Source of the DNA: Octopus bimaculoides
Taxonomy: Eukaryota
Direction: 5' to 3'
Length of the DNA: 38,764 bases
NCBI RefSeq assembly: GCF_001194135.2
Contig: NC_068996.1
Coordinates: 15,317,422 to 15,356,185, forward strand
Below, one piece after another: positions 1-10,925 of this stretch. How positions within the stretch are numbered: the first letter of the stretch is position 1; every line of letters starts with the position of its first letter. The position numbers and the translations under genes were made by a program. The notes beneath the pieces were generated by a model. It was not told the DNA's origin. It did not search any database and saw only the letters and a program-made list of their open reading frames with translations.

Positions 1-171
1 ATATACATACATACATTCATAGGCTCAAAATACACACAATATATAAGAAAGGAAATATTTATTCGCCATTGCAGTTTTCTACTTCCTTCTTATATTTGAT
101 CACATTAAGATAACTTTTTATTCACGCGTCTTTTATATCCGAGTGTACACACAAACACACGCGCCTGCACT

Positions 172-174
172 GAC

Positions 175-233
<59 letters not shown>

Positions 234-303
234 TGTGTGTGTGTGCTTGTGTGTGCTTGTGTGTGTGTATGTGTTATTCGCACACACATGCATAGTATAT
301 ACA
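172..303. repeat. (TA)n/(TG)n compound microsatellite
   Basis: Direct dinucleotide runs; they explain the HT/CV-rich ORFs 105-328. Confidence 0.95.
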
Positions 304-1032
304 TACATTCAAACTCACAAGCATACATACAGGAAGAAGATACAGATCAGTGAAAAAATATAGAAAGTGTTTGGTTATAAATTTTCTTTTAAGTTGATGT
401 CAAATTGTCATCCAACTATTACTTTCGCATGTAGTGGATGTGCAAACAAACACCATGAAGCGTTTCATAATTGGTTCCTTTTCTTAACTATTTTAAACCA
501 ATAATGGATTTTCTTGATGCTGGTCACTATTGCTAGAGGGCCCTCAATAGTAAGTAACCTTTGGCCCGTATGTGGCCTCTATTTTAATTCATCTACAATG
601 CTTTTTGTGCTGAAATGTTTAATGACGAATAAAAGATATTTTGGCTTAGAAATTAGAATTTTCTTGCTGCATCCATCTATGCTGGTGCTTTATTAGTGAT
701 TTTCTTACTCTGTCCCGTTTAGGAGAATGTTCATCGCATGGCATGCTATTTCTACTATTAGACTACACCATCATTTATCTACACATCATCATTTAATTAT
801 CTCCAGAATTTGCACCATTTCAACAGCTAGCTCTGCTGCCTTCGAGTTTTTTAAAACGCAAAACGTACCCATCAATTCAGTGTGGTGGTCAAAACTAACG
901 CTACAACGTCCAGACCGTTAAATCGCTACCAGGAAAGTAGCTTTGCTTCATATCAAATACAAATATGAGAAAGCTCGCAAAGACATTCTTTCAAATTTAA
1001 CAAATCCGATAATTCCAGTTCTACACTTTAGC

Positions 1033-1245
1033 TTTTACTTGTTTCAGCCATTGGGCTGCGGTCATGCTGGGGCACTGCATTGAAGGGTTTAATCAAACAA
1101 ACTGACCGCACTAAATTCTATATATTTTTTTTAAAGTCTGTACTTATTCTATCGGTTTCTTGCTACCGAACCGCTAGGATACGGGGACGTAAACAAGCCA
1201 ACACCAGTTTTCAGGCGATAGTGGTGGGACAAAAACAAATGCAAA
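1033..1245 (-). mobile_element. SINE family A (my label), 3' tail segment
   Basis: Reverse complement matches the tails at 8785-9022, 22725-22940 and 31410-31620 (cggttcggcaaaagagaccgatagaa ... ccagcatggccgcag ... tgaaacaagtaaaag). Confidence 0.8.
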
Positions 1246-1302
1246 AAATCACTCATATATACATATGTACACACATACATATATATATTTACTATATATT
1301 TA

Positions 1303-1334
<32 letters not shown>

Positions 1335-1865
1335 NNNNNNNNNNNNNNNNNNNNNNNNNNNNNNNNNNNNNNNNNNNNNNNNNNNNNNNNNNNNNNNNNN
1401 NNNNNNNNNNNNNNNNNNNNNNNNNNNNNNNNNNNNNNNNNNNNNNNNNNNNNNNNNNNNNNNNCAATGATAATTAAACATTAAAATGAGTTAACGACTT
1501 TATATACTGTATCAAACCTCTAACATACATCATACATAGATAAATATTACCATGGCTTTCGTAAATATATAAATCAAAATATAAAATATATAAGACATAC
1601 AAATACAGAAAACCGCTAAAGGTAAAAAATAAACATATATACGAAAAAAAAAAAGACGTATAGGAACGTCCCATCAAAAAGTGACTAAAAATCTATAAAA
1701 TATTTTAAATTAGTAAAAATATGTCATGCTGAAAAAGTTGAGAAAGCGGGTAAACAAATAAAGAATAAATCAACTAAAAAGTTATATTTACTTCACTCAC
1801 ACCAAAAGGTAATAATCCATGAATAAATTTTTTTGTTTTTTTTTTCTAATCAAACATATATATAT

Positions 1866-2003
1866 GCGACGGGTTTCCGCATCGTTTCCGTCTACCGAAT
1901 TCACTTACAAGCCATTGATCGGTCCCGGTGCCCAAGATGCTACGCAGCTGGACAAAACTCGAAATCACATGGCTGCGAAACATCCTTTGTAACTTCATAA
2001 CCG
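1866..2003 (-). mobile_element. SINE family A, degenerate head
   Basis: gcgacgggtttccgcatcgtttccgtctaccgaattcacttacaag is the reverse complement of the head end seen at 38448-38582 and 29385-29543. Confidence 0.65.
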
Positions 2004-2007
2004 TAGA

Positions 2008-2125
2008 ATGGTAAATTCATTACGGCATCGAAAGAAATACGTTGTGGTATTTGTTCCGGCTTTTTACAGTCAAAGATCGATTCCTGCACAGGTCGACTTT
2101 GCTTTTAATCATTGTGGGGTCGACA
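2008..2125 (+). mobile_element. SINE family B (my label), degenerate partial copy
   Basis: aggtcgactttgcttttaatcattgtggggtcgac matches the core of the copies at 20918 and 21231. Confidence 0.6.
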
Positions 2126-2322
2126 AATACATACACACACACACACAGAGAAAATTGAGAGAGAGAGAGAGAGAGAAAGAGAAAGAGAGAGAGGAGGAGA
2201 GAGAAAGGAACAGTGAGAGTGTAAGAAAGCGAGATTACAGTCTCCACATTTCCGCCAGAATTTGTAATATTGCTGTGCGTAATTTTAATGTTGTAAAAAC
2301 GAAATAGATAAATAAATATATA

Positions 2323-2498
2323 CTTTTCTACGCTAGGCACAAGGCCCAAAATTTTGGGAGAGGGGGGCCAGTCGATTAGATCGACCCCCAGTACACAACT
2401 GGTGCTTAATTTATCGACCGCGAAAGCATGAAAGGCGAAGTCGACCTCGGCGATATTTGAACTCAGAACGTAAAGAACGTTCTGCCAGCTTGCTGTCT
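2323..2498 (-). mobile_element. SINE family B
   Basis: Reverse complement contains gttctgagttcaaat (B box), gccgaggtcgacttcgcctttcat, gtcgataaattaagcaccag and a tail matching the other B copies. Confidence 0.85.
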
Positions 2499-3159
2499 TT
2501 AGATAAAAAAAAATATATAAATAACAAGAAGAAATCAAGAAATAAATATCAAGATTGAGCAGGTAAGGACAGGGAAAGGAACAGTGAATTTATTTTGGAA
2601 GAGTTCATTGCTTCTTTTTGGAAACAACTTTATATTCCATCAACCTTAGGTTTGTTTGCGTTGTTTCTTTCTCCAAGCGAACACCGTTAAAATAAACCCC
2701 GAGATCGATCAAAAGTGTTTTAAACTTGATCATTCAGGATTTTTTTTTTTTTTTTTACTTTAGGGATCACCTTATTTAATGTATCCTAGGTTATCTAAGA
2801 CAAAAGCTTGTAATTTATGGGCATTTGACTGCTCTTTCTCCAGTGGCTTCCTCCTTAGTTTGACTTGAGCTTTGTTGTTATTGTTTTTATTTAACCCCAA
2901 GGTAGGCTTGTTCAGGCAAGTAGATGATCATAGACATTCCATCTCTAGCCACCATGTTTTCTTTTTTTTTTTTTTCCAGATATTGTTTATTCAGAACATT
3001 ATCCTGCATTATTTTCTCCCCCTATTTAATAAGATAGGGTGTTTGTGAGGGGTATTTAGCTTTTATTTCTATATTTAGCAGGTCAAGAGGCTGTCTGTAA
3101 AATGCCGCTGTGACATTCGCAGTTGGTTACAGTTTGGAAATAATTGCTATTTCCCATGA

Positions 3160-3520
3160 GGCTGAAGGAAATAAGGAAACAAGATTATTTTGGTAAATCT
3201 AAAACTGTTGATATTACATTGGAAAAATCCTTTGAGATTATTGGTCAGCCACTGCTTATAATTTCCTCGTCCGGATAACTCATTAGCATTTTGGAAATAC
3301 AATCAGTTTCACCATCAGAAAACTATGTTAAAGATTGTTATAAAGCAATAAAGCAACTCGAACTTGGAGGCATCCGTATATTGGACAGGGACACAATACA
3401 TTCTGTCAAGAAGATAAACACAGAAGATGTCTGCTTTAAACAGAAATACAGATTGGTTGCACTGATAGATATACGTAACATTAATCCTAGTTAATCTTGG
3501 TTTGTGATTTGTTGAAGACA
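3160..3520 (+). mobile_element. possible decayed L1/Tx1-clade LINE ORF2 fragment (post-RT region)
   Basis: One frame with a single internal stop reads IIGQPLLII...SPSENYVK-CYKAIKQLELGGIRILD...IRNINPS. This resembles the GKxLII / PPxxxIK / KPxxxGGLGIxD order of Tx1-like ORF2 as I recall it; no alignment was run. Confidence 0.35.
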
Positions 3521-5121
3521 AGAAAATTGCTCTTATTGACCCAACAGCTGAAATGCATGTTTTTATCATGCACTCGCTTGTACTCCTCTGACTGTCATTT
3601 TTTTCCCCATAGTAGGTTCCCTCATGTCACTTTTTATTTATTTATTTATTGTTTCGCGCCATCTCACACAGTTTGTTATCTGAAATTTTCTTTCTGTCCT
3701 TTCCGCCCCTAGTTTGTTTGTCTCATGTTCAGACACATAACTGCTCCCTTCTTCATGTTTCTATAAATTTCATTGAGAAGTTTTATTCAAGAAAAGTTCT
3801 AAGATTCTTAGTAAATTGCATAAAACAATTTCTTTAACGAATTAATCTCAAGTATATGCATACGTGTACTAGAAATAAGTGCAAACGCAAAAAGTACAGA
3901 ACAAAAAGTAGAAGTTTAAAAATATTTCAGTTGAAGTTGGAACAAAATTAAAAAATATCCTCCCCCGCCTTATGATCTAAATGTCCTTTGGAGAAAAGTC
4001 TAAATGAACCTTCCTATATTTACATTCTATGAAATAAAATTTGGGTGAACGATGGGAAGGGCTTCAAGCTATCATATATGATGAAAATACAACCTGTCTT
4101 TTAAGATTAAAGAAAACAATTCAGCTACATTTCTCTCGTGTTTTCCATCCTTATGTAAGCTCACGTTTAAGCACATAAAAAAAATGTGTGCTCATTTAAA
4201 GGCGAAGACCGACCAAAGATGCATTCAAAGTCTCCTAGGCAGTAGTTTCAACCCCCAAATATTGAGATATATGTGATGTAGAGGTTTGAGGGATAAGTTT
4301 ACTTTCTCCCCACTATGAAAGTAAAGTATATCTCCACTAGAGACAACAAATCGATTTCTATAACCATGAAATTCTGGGGAACTAACATACTCGAGGTCTT
4401 GATGCCCAAAATATCTTTCTCTCTTTCAACATTCATGTCTTCTATAAAGCTTGACTAACAAACTTTTCTTGCCCAAACTGCACAAAATTAATCTTTATTA
4501 GATTCAACATAAATCATTGGATTTGATCCCAGACATGCACATATCCCTTTGATTTGAACCCATGACAAACAAGCTGTCTAATGTACCCACGTCTTCTCNN
4601 NNNNNNNNTACCCGGCTCCGCAAAGGGAAAATTAGGTGCAATATTTTATAGTTTTCCTTTTTGTACTGTACTTTTTAGGAGTATTATCATTCCTCCATTT
4701 GCATATTATGTTAGCCCATTCTTTTTACAATCAATACGTTTTACAGGCAAAAAATAATTTTTGAAGCAAAAGTAAAAGAAAAAGGTTATAATTAATTGTT
4801 TTTCAAAATGTTTGAACTATACTCGAAAAGTAAATTTTATAAATTGACAAAAAGTACAAAATGTTAAATTAGAACCCGAGACAAAGGAGAAACATACCAA
4901 GAAAGCAGTAGATTAATTTAATGACTTTAATCGGAAAGCAGTACAGCAAATATGAGTCTCTCAGTTGGAGGCAAAAGTTATCTGATCATGTTCACATTCT
5001 GTACAAACACCTGGAGCAGATCGTGAGTTTTATGGTAGATCAGATCCAAACTTAATATTGTTTTAAAATTTTTGTTGTTTCAATTCATAATCGTAAACAA
5101 TTAAATTGGGGTTGTATAGGA

Positions 5122-6310
5122 CAGTGGTTCCCAAACTTTCTTGGACTGCCGCCCCCTTGGCTCCCAATCTGCATTCCTAGTGTCCCCCACCCCAGAAAAA
5201 TAAATAAAATACACACATCACTATAAACACAGATCTCTTTCTACTGCAAATTCAAAACAACTGTATTTCGCTAATAAAACTTCATCTAGTCAACCCACTA
5301 TTTTACTGATTTTACAGTTTAAAGGAGAAGATTTACCTGTAACAACATTGTTTTCGTATTCTTAATGCGTAGAATGTACTTTGTGTAGGGATATCATCTT
5401 CTCAACATCAGGTTGAAAGAAACTTAGAAGTAATTTCAGATCCCCGCCTTCAATAATTTTCTGTCTGCTTTTACTTTGCTTAGAAAGAAGCTTGGAAGCT
5501 GTACTGGAGATTTGCTCTACTGAATATGATGCTGGGAAGGCAATAAACTACATCGTGACTTTGATCCACAGTGCAGGGTAGCAGTTAGAAATTTCCTTTT
5601 ACAACAAAAAGTCCTGAAATTTTTTTAACTTTGACCTCAGCTCAATATTTTAAAATGAAACCAGTTGAATGTCATCTGATATGCAGTTTTCCATCCCCAA
5701 TTCAGAGAGGCCCTGAAACTGGAAGACTCACGACGGCTTATATTACACTCGAATAACTTTAACTTGGACAGAAACTTGAAGAGGGCTGGTTTTACATTGA
5801 TGAAGTTTAAGCTTATTTCCTAGCAGTTGCAAATTAATTCCACTGAGCTTTGTCAGTCTTGCTTCATGTTTCTTCGTTCATCACAAAGAACAGAATTAGA
5901 ATCTTGCAAGAATTCAACAACTTAAAAAGGGGAATTTGAATATTCCAGGCGGTTTCCCATTATCATCCATCGAACTTCTATATGCAACAACAAAAGTTTA
6001 AAATCTTTATCATTCTCAACACAGAGCTGTTGAAACAAGGGAATTGAGAGCATTTGCTTTGGTTTTATTTACTGTTGTGATAACAGTGTTCAATGATTTG
6101 TTAAGTCCACCACACAGGTTATTTGTAATGTGTCTAAGCACTAGCTACAACATTTTCAATAAACTGATGAAGCAACGATTTCAATCTACCATCGATGGTG
6201 CTTCATCTATTGCTCAAAAACAAAACACTGGCTACATTTTCATGTGTTGCTAGTTGTCTTAGAAATAATAGCTCTTGAACCAAAGGTTAATATTTGACGA
6301 AACAAACATA
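5122..6310 (-). mobile_element. hAT DNA transposon, Buster/Charlie type (ZBED8/SCAND3-like transposase), decayed, with 3' TIR
   Basis: TIR CAGTGGTTCCCAAACTTT at 5122. Minus-strand translation with stops and frameshifts gives AIDEAPSM, LNTVITTVNKTKANALNS-LFQQLCVENDKDFKLLLLHIEVRW, and the C-terminal dimerisation region YPALW...FIAFPASYSVE...GDLKLLLSFFQPDVEKMISLHKVHSTH* with the stop at 5362-5364. Confidence 0.9.
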
Positions 6311-6766
6311 AGCAAGAAACAAACTTATGCTTTCTAAAAGGGAATCTACTGTAAGCTAAATTTGGTTGCACTGTTTATGTGGAATGCTATAATATATTAA
6401 ATAGTGTAACGTTCTACATTTTTAAACACATGTAGTACGCATGTTTAGAGAAAAATCTCGTACTTCCTCATTTTCATTCAAGATTAAAGTCCGCCCCCTT
6501 TTTGAAAAGAAAAAAAAACCCAGAGAAATTCCAATTTTATGCATGACAGCTTTTCCAATTTTTTTTTTTTTTCTGTAAAATTACAAATAACAAGTGTTTC
6601 AAAATATAGAAAACTACATGGCGAAAAATAACAACAAATAAAAAAAGAAGAGGAAAACAGTAGTGGTGGGTTGCGTTCCAAAGGTACAATATGGGGGTAG
6701 ATAGATGTTTAAAAAAATATGGATTGAAAAATTTTAATCTAATGAAAGTCCGCTCGTGAGTATTTT

Positions 6767-6829
6767 GAAATGTGGGGCATTTATGAAATGTGGGGCATTT
6801 ATGAAATGTGGGGCATTTATGAAATGTGG
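6767..6829. repeat. 18-bp minisatellite GAAATGTGGGGCATTTAT x3.5
   Basis: Units start at 6767, 6785, 6803 and 6821 (partial) and are identical. Confidence 0.95.
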
Positions 6830-6910
6830 AAAAATAGCGAAAGAAATCCGATAAAATCCGACAAATATAATTAAATGCCTTTTTTAAAAAAGCAAATTAA
6901 CAAATTCATA

Positions 6911-7047
6911 GCCGCAGGTGTGGCTGTGTGGTAAGAAGCTTACTTTCCACCCACATGGTTCCGGGTTCAGTTTCACTGCTTGGCATCTTCGGCAAGTGTC
7001 TTCTTCTATAGCTTCTGGTCGACCAAATCCTTGTGAGTGGATTTGGA
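6911..7047 (+). mobile_element. SINE family A head (tRNA-derived), truncated at the foldback element
   Basis: A-box-like tggctgtgtggtaag and B-box-like gggttcagtttc; homologous to 38448-38582 and the reverse complement of 29385-29543. Confidence 0.9.
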
Positions 7048-7057
7048 GCTCCGGTAC

Positions 7058-8271
7058 AAACGCATCTCTCCAAGAAAATGATATGCAATTTTAAAAAAGT
7101 TAGAAAATGGGAAATGTATACAAAATAAATGATGTATGCAAAAAAATTCGAAAGATACATCCATTTTTAAATATTTTATGCTAAAAATAAAACAAATGGA
7201 AAACGGGCACTCGCAAATATAAACAAACATTTCGGACGATACAAGGGGAGGATCTCCACAATATCGTTCGCAAATTCTTGATTATTTTTAATCAGATTTT
7301 TTTTACTGTGCACAGTCGTTGGGGTTAGGGTTAGTTTTAGGGTTAGGGTTGGTTTTAGGGTTAGGGTTAGGGTTAGTTTTAGGGTTAGGGTTAGTGTTAA
7401 GGTTAGGGTTTGTGTTACTATTAGGGTTAGAATTAAGGTTAGTGTTAGCATTAGGGTTGGTTTTAGTGTTAGGGTTAGTTTTAGGGTTCGGGTTAGTGTT
7501 AAGGTTAGGGTTAGTTTTAGGGTTAAGGTTATGGCTAGTTTTAGGGCTAGGGCTAGTTTTAGGGTTAGGGTTAATCTTAGGGTTAAAGTTAGGACTAGTT
7601 GTTAGGGTTAAGGTTAGAGTTAAGGTTAGGGTTTGGGTTAGAGTTAGGGTTAGGGTTAACGTTAACGTTTATGTTAGTTTTAAGGTTAGGGTTAGGGTTA
7701 GTTTTAGGGTTTGAGTTAGGGTTAGGGTTAGGGTTAATTTTAGGTTTAGGTTTAGGGTTAGTTTAAGGGTTAGGGCTAGTTTTAGGGTTAGGGCTAGTTT
7801 TAGGGTTACAGTTAGTGTTAGGGTTAGCGTTAGGGTTAGGGCTAGTGTTAGTTTTCGGGCTACCTGGTGTGCAGTCACTTTATCTTCACCCATTTTATGA
7901 TGATGTAATATACGACAGAAATAATTATAAAACAATAGAGTAAATATGTTTAAGACGCATGCAAATTTTGTTATTTTTAATTTTGCTTTCAGTTTACAGA
8001 GAAAATGAATTATAGAATATATAACTCAGTGGCTATTTGGCCCCTCGTATCATTAAAAATACCTGACTGGTTAAAGTAAATTACCTCCCTTTGTATCGTC
8101 CGACATTTATATTCGCGAGTGCCTGTTTTCCGTTCATATTTTTTAGTATAAAATATTTAAAAATGGATGAATCTTTCTAATTTTTGCATACATTCATTTA
8201 TTTTGTATATATTTTCCATTTTCATTACTTTATTTTTAATTGCATTTCATCTTCTTGGAGAGGTACGTTTC
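7058..8271. mobile_element. non-autonomous foldback/MITE-like element with ~190-bp inverted arms enclosing a telomere-like array
   Basis: 7058-7251 is the reverse complement of 8084-8270 at roughly 80% identity by eye. Shared blocks include ttgtatcgtccga, gcgagtgcc, taaaatatttaaaaatggatg, tttattttgtata and ttcttggagag. The right end runs into a gap. Confidence 0.85.
7321..7853 (+). repeat. degenerate interstitial telomeric array (TTAGGG)n
   Basis: About 88 hexamers: TTAGGG mixed with TTAGTT, TTAGTG, TTAAGG and CTAG variants. Confidence 0.95.
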
Positions 8272-8784
8272 NNNNNNNNNNNNNNNNNNNNNNNNNNNNN
8301 NNNNNNNNNNNNNNNNNNNNNNNNNNNNNNNNNNNNNNNNNNNNNNNNNNNNNNNNNNNNNNNNNNNNNNNNNNNNNNNNNNNNNNNNNNNNNNNNNNNN
8401 NNNNNNNNNNNNNNNNNNNNNNNNNNNNNNNNNNNNNNNNNNNNNNNNNNNNNNNNNNNNNNNNNNNNNNNNNNNNNNNNNNNNNNNNNNNNNNNNNNNN
8501 NNNNNNNNNNNNNNNNNNNNNNNNNNNNNNNNNNNNNNNNNNNNNNNNNNNNNNNNNNNNNNNNNNNNNNNNNNNNNNNNNNNNNNNNNNNNNNNNNNNN
8601 NNNNNNNNNNNNNNNNNNNNNNNNNNNNNNNNNNNNNNNNNNNNNNNNNNNNNNNNNNNNNNNNNNNNNNNNNNNNNNNNNNNNNNNNNNNNNNNNNNNN
8701 NNNNNNNNNNNNNNNNNNNNNNNNNNNNNNNNNNNNNNNNNNNNNNNNNNNNNNNNNACACACACACACACACACACACATATA

Positions 8785-9022
8785 TGAGTGTGTGTGTGTT
8801 TGTCTATGTGTCTGGCTGTCTGTGTCTGTTCCCCATCACCTCTTGACAGCCGGTCTTGGTGTGCTTATGCTCCGTATCCAGCGCTTCGGCAAAAGAGACC
8901 GATAGAAAAAGTATTAGGCTTAAAAAATAAATTTTGAGACGAATTGTTCAGCTAAGACCCCTCGAGGTGGTGCTACAGTATGGCCGCAGTCAAATGACTT
9001 AAACAAGTAAAAGAATAAAAGA
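8785..9022 (+). mobile_element. SINE family A tail
   Basis: cggcaaaagagaccgatagaaaaagtattaggctt ... cagtatggccgcagtcaaatgacttaaacaagtaaaagaataaaaga. Confidence 0.9.
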
Positions 9023-9026
9023 AAAT

Positions 9027-9230
9027 AATGCATCAACAAAAGTTCGAAATCTTTTATCATTGTCAATGCAGAAGTATTGACGCAGAGGGGACTGAGAGTA
9101 TATGCCTTGATTTAATTTGCTCCTGTGATAACAGTGCTGAACGATTTGTTAAGCCTAGCTCATAGGTTACTTGCAACGTATGCAAACGCACTACGGATCA
9201 CATTTTCAATAAACTGATGAAGCATCGTAG
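9027..9230 (-). mobile_element. second, diverged hAT Buster/Charlie transposase fragment
   Basis: Direct similarity to 5985-6180 (shared cattttcaataaactgatgaagca, tgtgataacagtg, gatttgttaag); minus-strand translation LNKSFSTVITG...KDFELLLMH. Confidence 0.8.
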
Positions 9231-9551
9231 GTGAGATGCTATACAAATAATCGTGGTTCATCATTCGGTGTAGATGTGCCTCGTCAGATGACTTATCAAA
9301 AGGTACTTCGTTCTCTAATCTTCGTTTCGCTTATTTTGGTTGCTAGAATATATTTTGGTTGTTGTCTATAGATATTTGCATACACAGAAAATAAGTTAAA
9401 ATGAAGTAATAAGTTAATGAATAAATAGCCAAATAAAAGACACAAGTACAAACTGAAATATACAACTCTATAAATGTATGTACGACGTATATATATTTTG
9501 TTTTTGGATTTGGTTTGCAAGATTTTTTATGTGATTTCGTGTGTTGAAGCA

Positions 9552-9759
9552 TATTCTGTTGTGTCTGGGGAGAGTCATTCTCTTTTGGTGCCTTATAATT
9601 TAACACACTCACCGGTAAAATTTTCACTTATTTCTTTTTTATTTTCCTAAAATTTTCGATGTGTCTTGCAACATTTTCAGTAGTCTTGACTCTTTTACCG
9701 GTGAGTGTATTAAATTACAAGGCACAAAAAGAAAATGACTCTCCCCTGACACAACAGAA

Positions 9760-9761
<2 letters not shown>
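9552..9761. mobile_element. MITE with ~68-bp TIRs and TA (or ATAT) flanks
   Basis: tattctgttgtgtctggggagagtcattctc...ctcaccggtaaaa (9552-9620) is the near-perfect reverse complement of 9693-9761. Confidence 0.9.
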
Positions 9762-9802
<41 letters not shown>

Positions 9803-10647
9803 ANNNNNNNNNNNNNNNNNNNNNNNNNNNNNNNNNNNNNNNNNNNNNNNNNNNNNNNNNNNNNNNNNNNNNNNNNNNNNNNNNNNNNNNNNNNNNNNNN
9901 NNNNNNNNNNNNNNNNNNNNNNNNNNNNNNNNNNNNNNNNNNNNNNNNNNNNNNNNNNNNNNNNNNNNNNNNNNNNNNNNNNNNNNNNNNNNNNNNNNNN
10001 NNNNNNNNNNNNNNNNNNNNNNNNNNNNNNNNNNNNNNNNNNNNNNNNNNNNNNNNNNNNNNNNNNNNNNNNNNNNNNNNNNNNNNNNNNNNNNNNNNNN
10101 NNNNNNNNNNNNNNNNNNNNNNNNNNNNNNNNNNNNNNNNNNNNNNNNNNNNNNNNNNNNNNNNNNNNNNNNNNNNNNNNNNNNNNNNNNNNNNNNNNNN
10201 NNNNNNNNNNNNNNNNNNNNNNNNNNNNNNNNNNNNNNNNNNNNNNNNNNNNNNNNNNNNNNNNNNNNNNNNNNNNNNNNNNNNNNNNNNNNNNNNNNNN
10301 NNNNNNNNNNNNNNNNNNNNNNNNNNNNNNNNNNNNNNNNNNNNNNNNNNNNNNNNNNNNNNNNNNNNNNNNNNNNNNNNNNNNNNNNNNNNNNNNNNNN
10401 NNNNNNNNNNNNNNNNNNNNNTATATATATGTATGTATGTATATGTATGCCGGTATAAGAAGACATTTTTACTTGTTTTATTGTAAAGTTGTTACTATTG
10501 TTATTGTCACTCTTGATGTTCTGTTGTTCTTGTTTTAATCTTCTACATGTTGCTATTGTTACTGTGGTTGCTATCATTGCTATTGTTGCTGTTGTTGCTA
10601 CTTTTGTAATTTTTACTGTTGTTTTTGTTATCATTATGATTATGAAA

Positions 10648-10843
10648 AGGCGGTGAGTCGTTAGCACGGTGTGCGAAATTCTTAACGGTATTTCTCCCGT
10701 CGCTATGTTCTGAGTTCAAATTCCGCCGATTTTGCCATTCATTGAGGTCCATAAAGTAAGTACCTGTGAAACACTAGTGTCGATGTAATCGACTGCTACC
10801 CCGCCAAAAATTTCAGGCCTTGTACCTTTAGTAGAAACGATTG
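10648..10843 (+). mobile_element. SINE family B running into a (GTT)n(ATT)n tail
   Basis: ggcggtgagtcgttagcacg ... gttctgagttcaaattccgccga ... gatgtaatcgact ... aatttcaggccttgtacct. Confidence 0.85.
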
Positions 10844-10855
10844 CTGTTGTTGTTG

Positions 10856-10924
<69 letters not shown>

Positions 10925-10925
10925 G

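Noticed and set aside
330-960. Faint hAT-like peptides on the minus strand (ITNKAPA, CLFAHPLH)
   Set aside because: Motif spacing is wrong for a hAT catalytic core, there are many stops, and no TIR was found.
6767-6829. CRISPR-like repeat
   Set aside because: The units are contiguous with no spacers, the DNA is eukaryotic, and no cas genes are present.
7319-7935. LG-rich and LT-rich ORFs
   Set aside because: They are by-products of the 6-bp telomeric periodicity.
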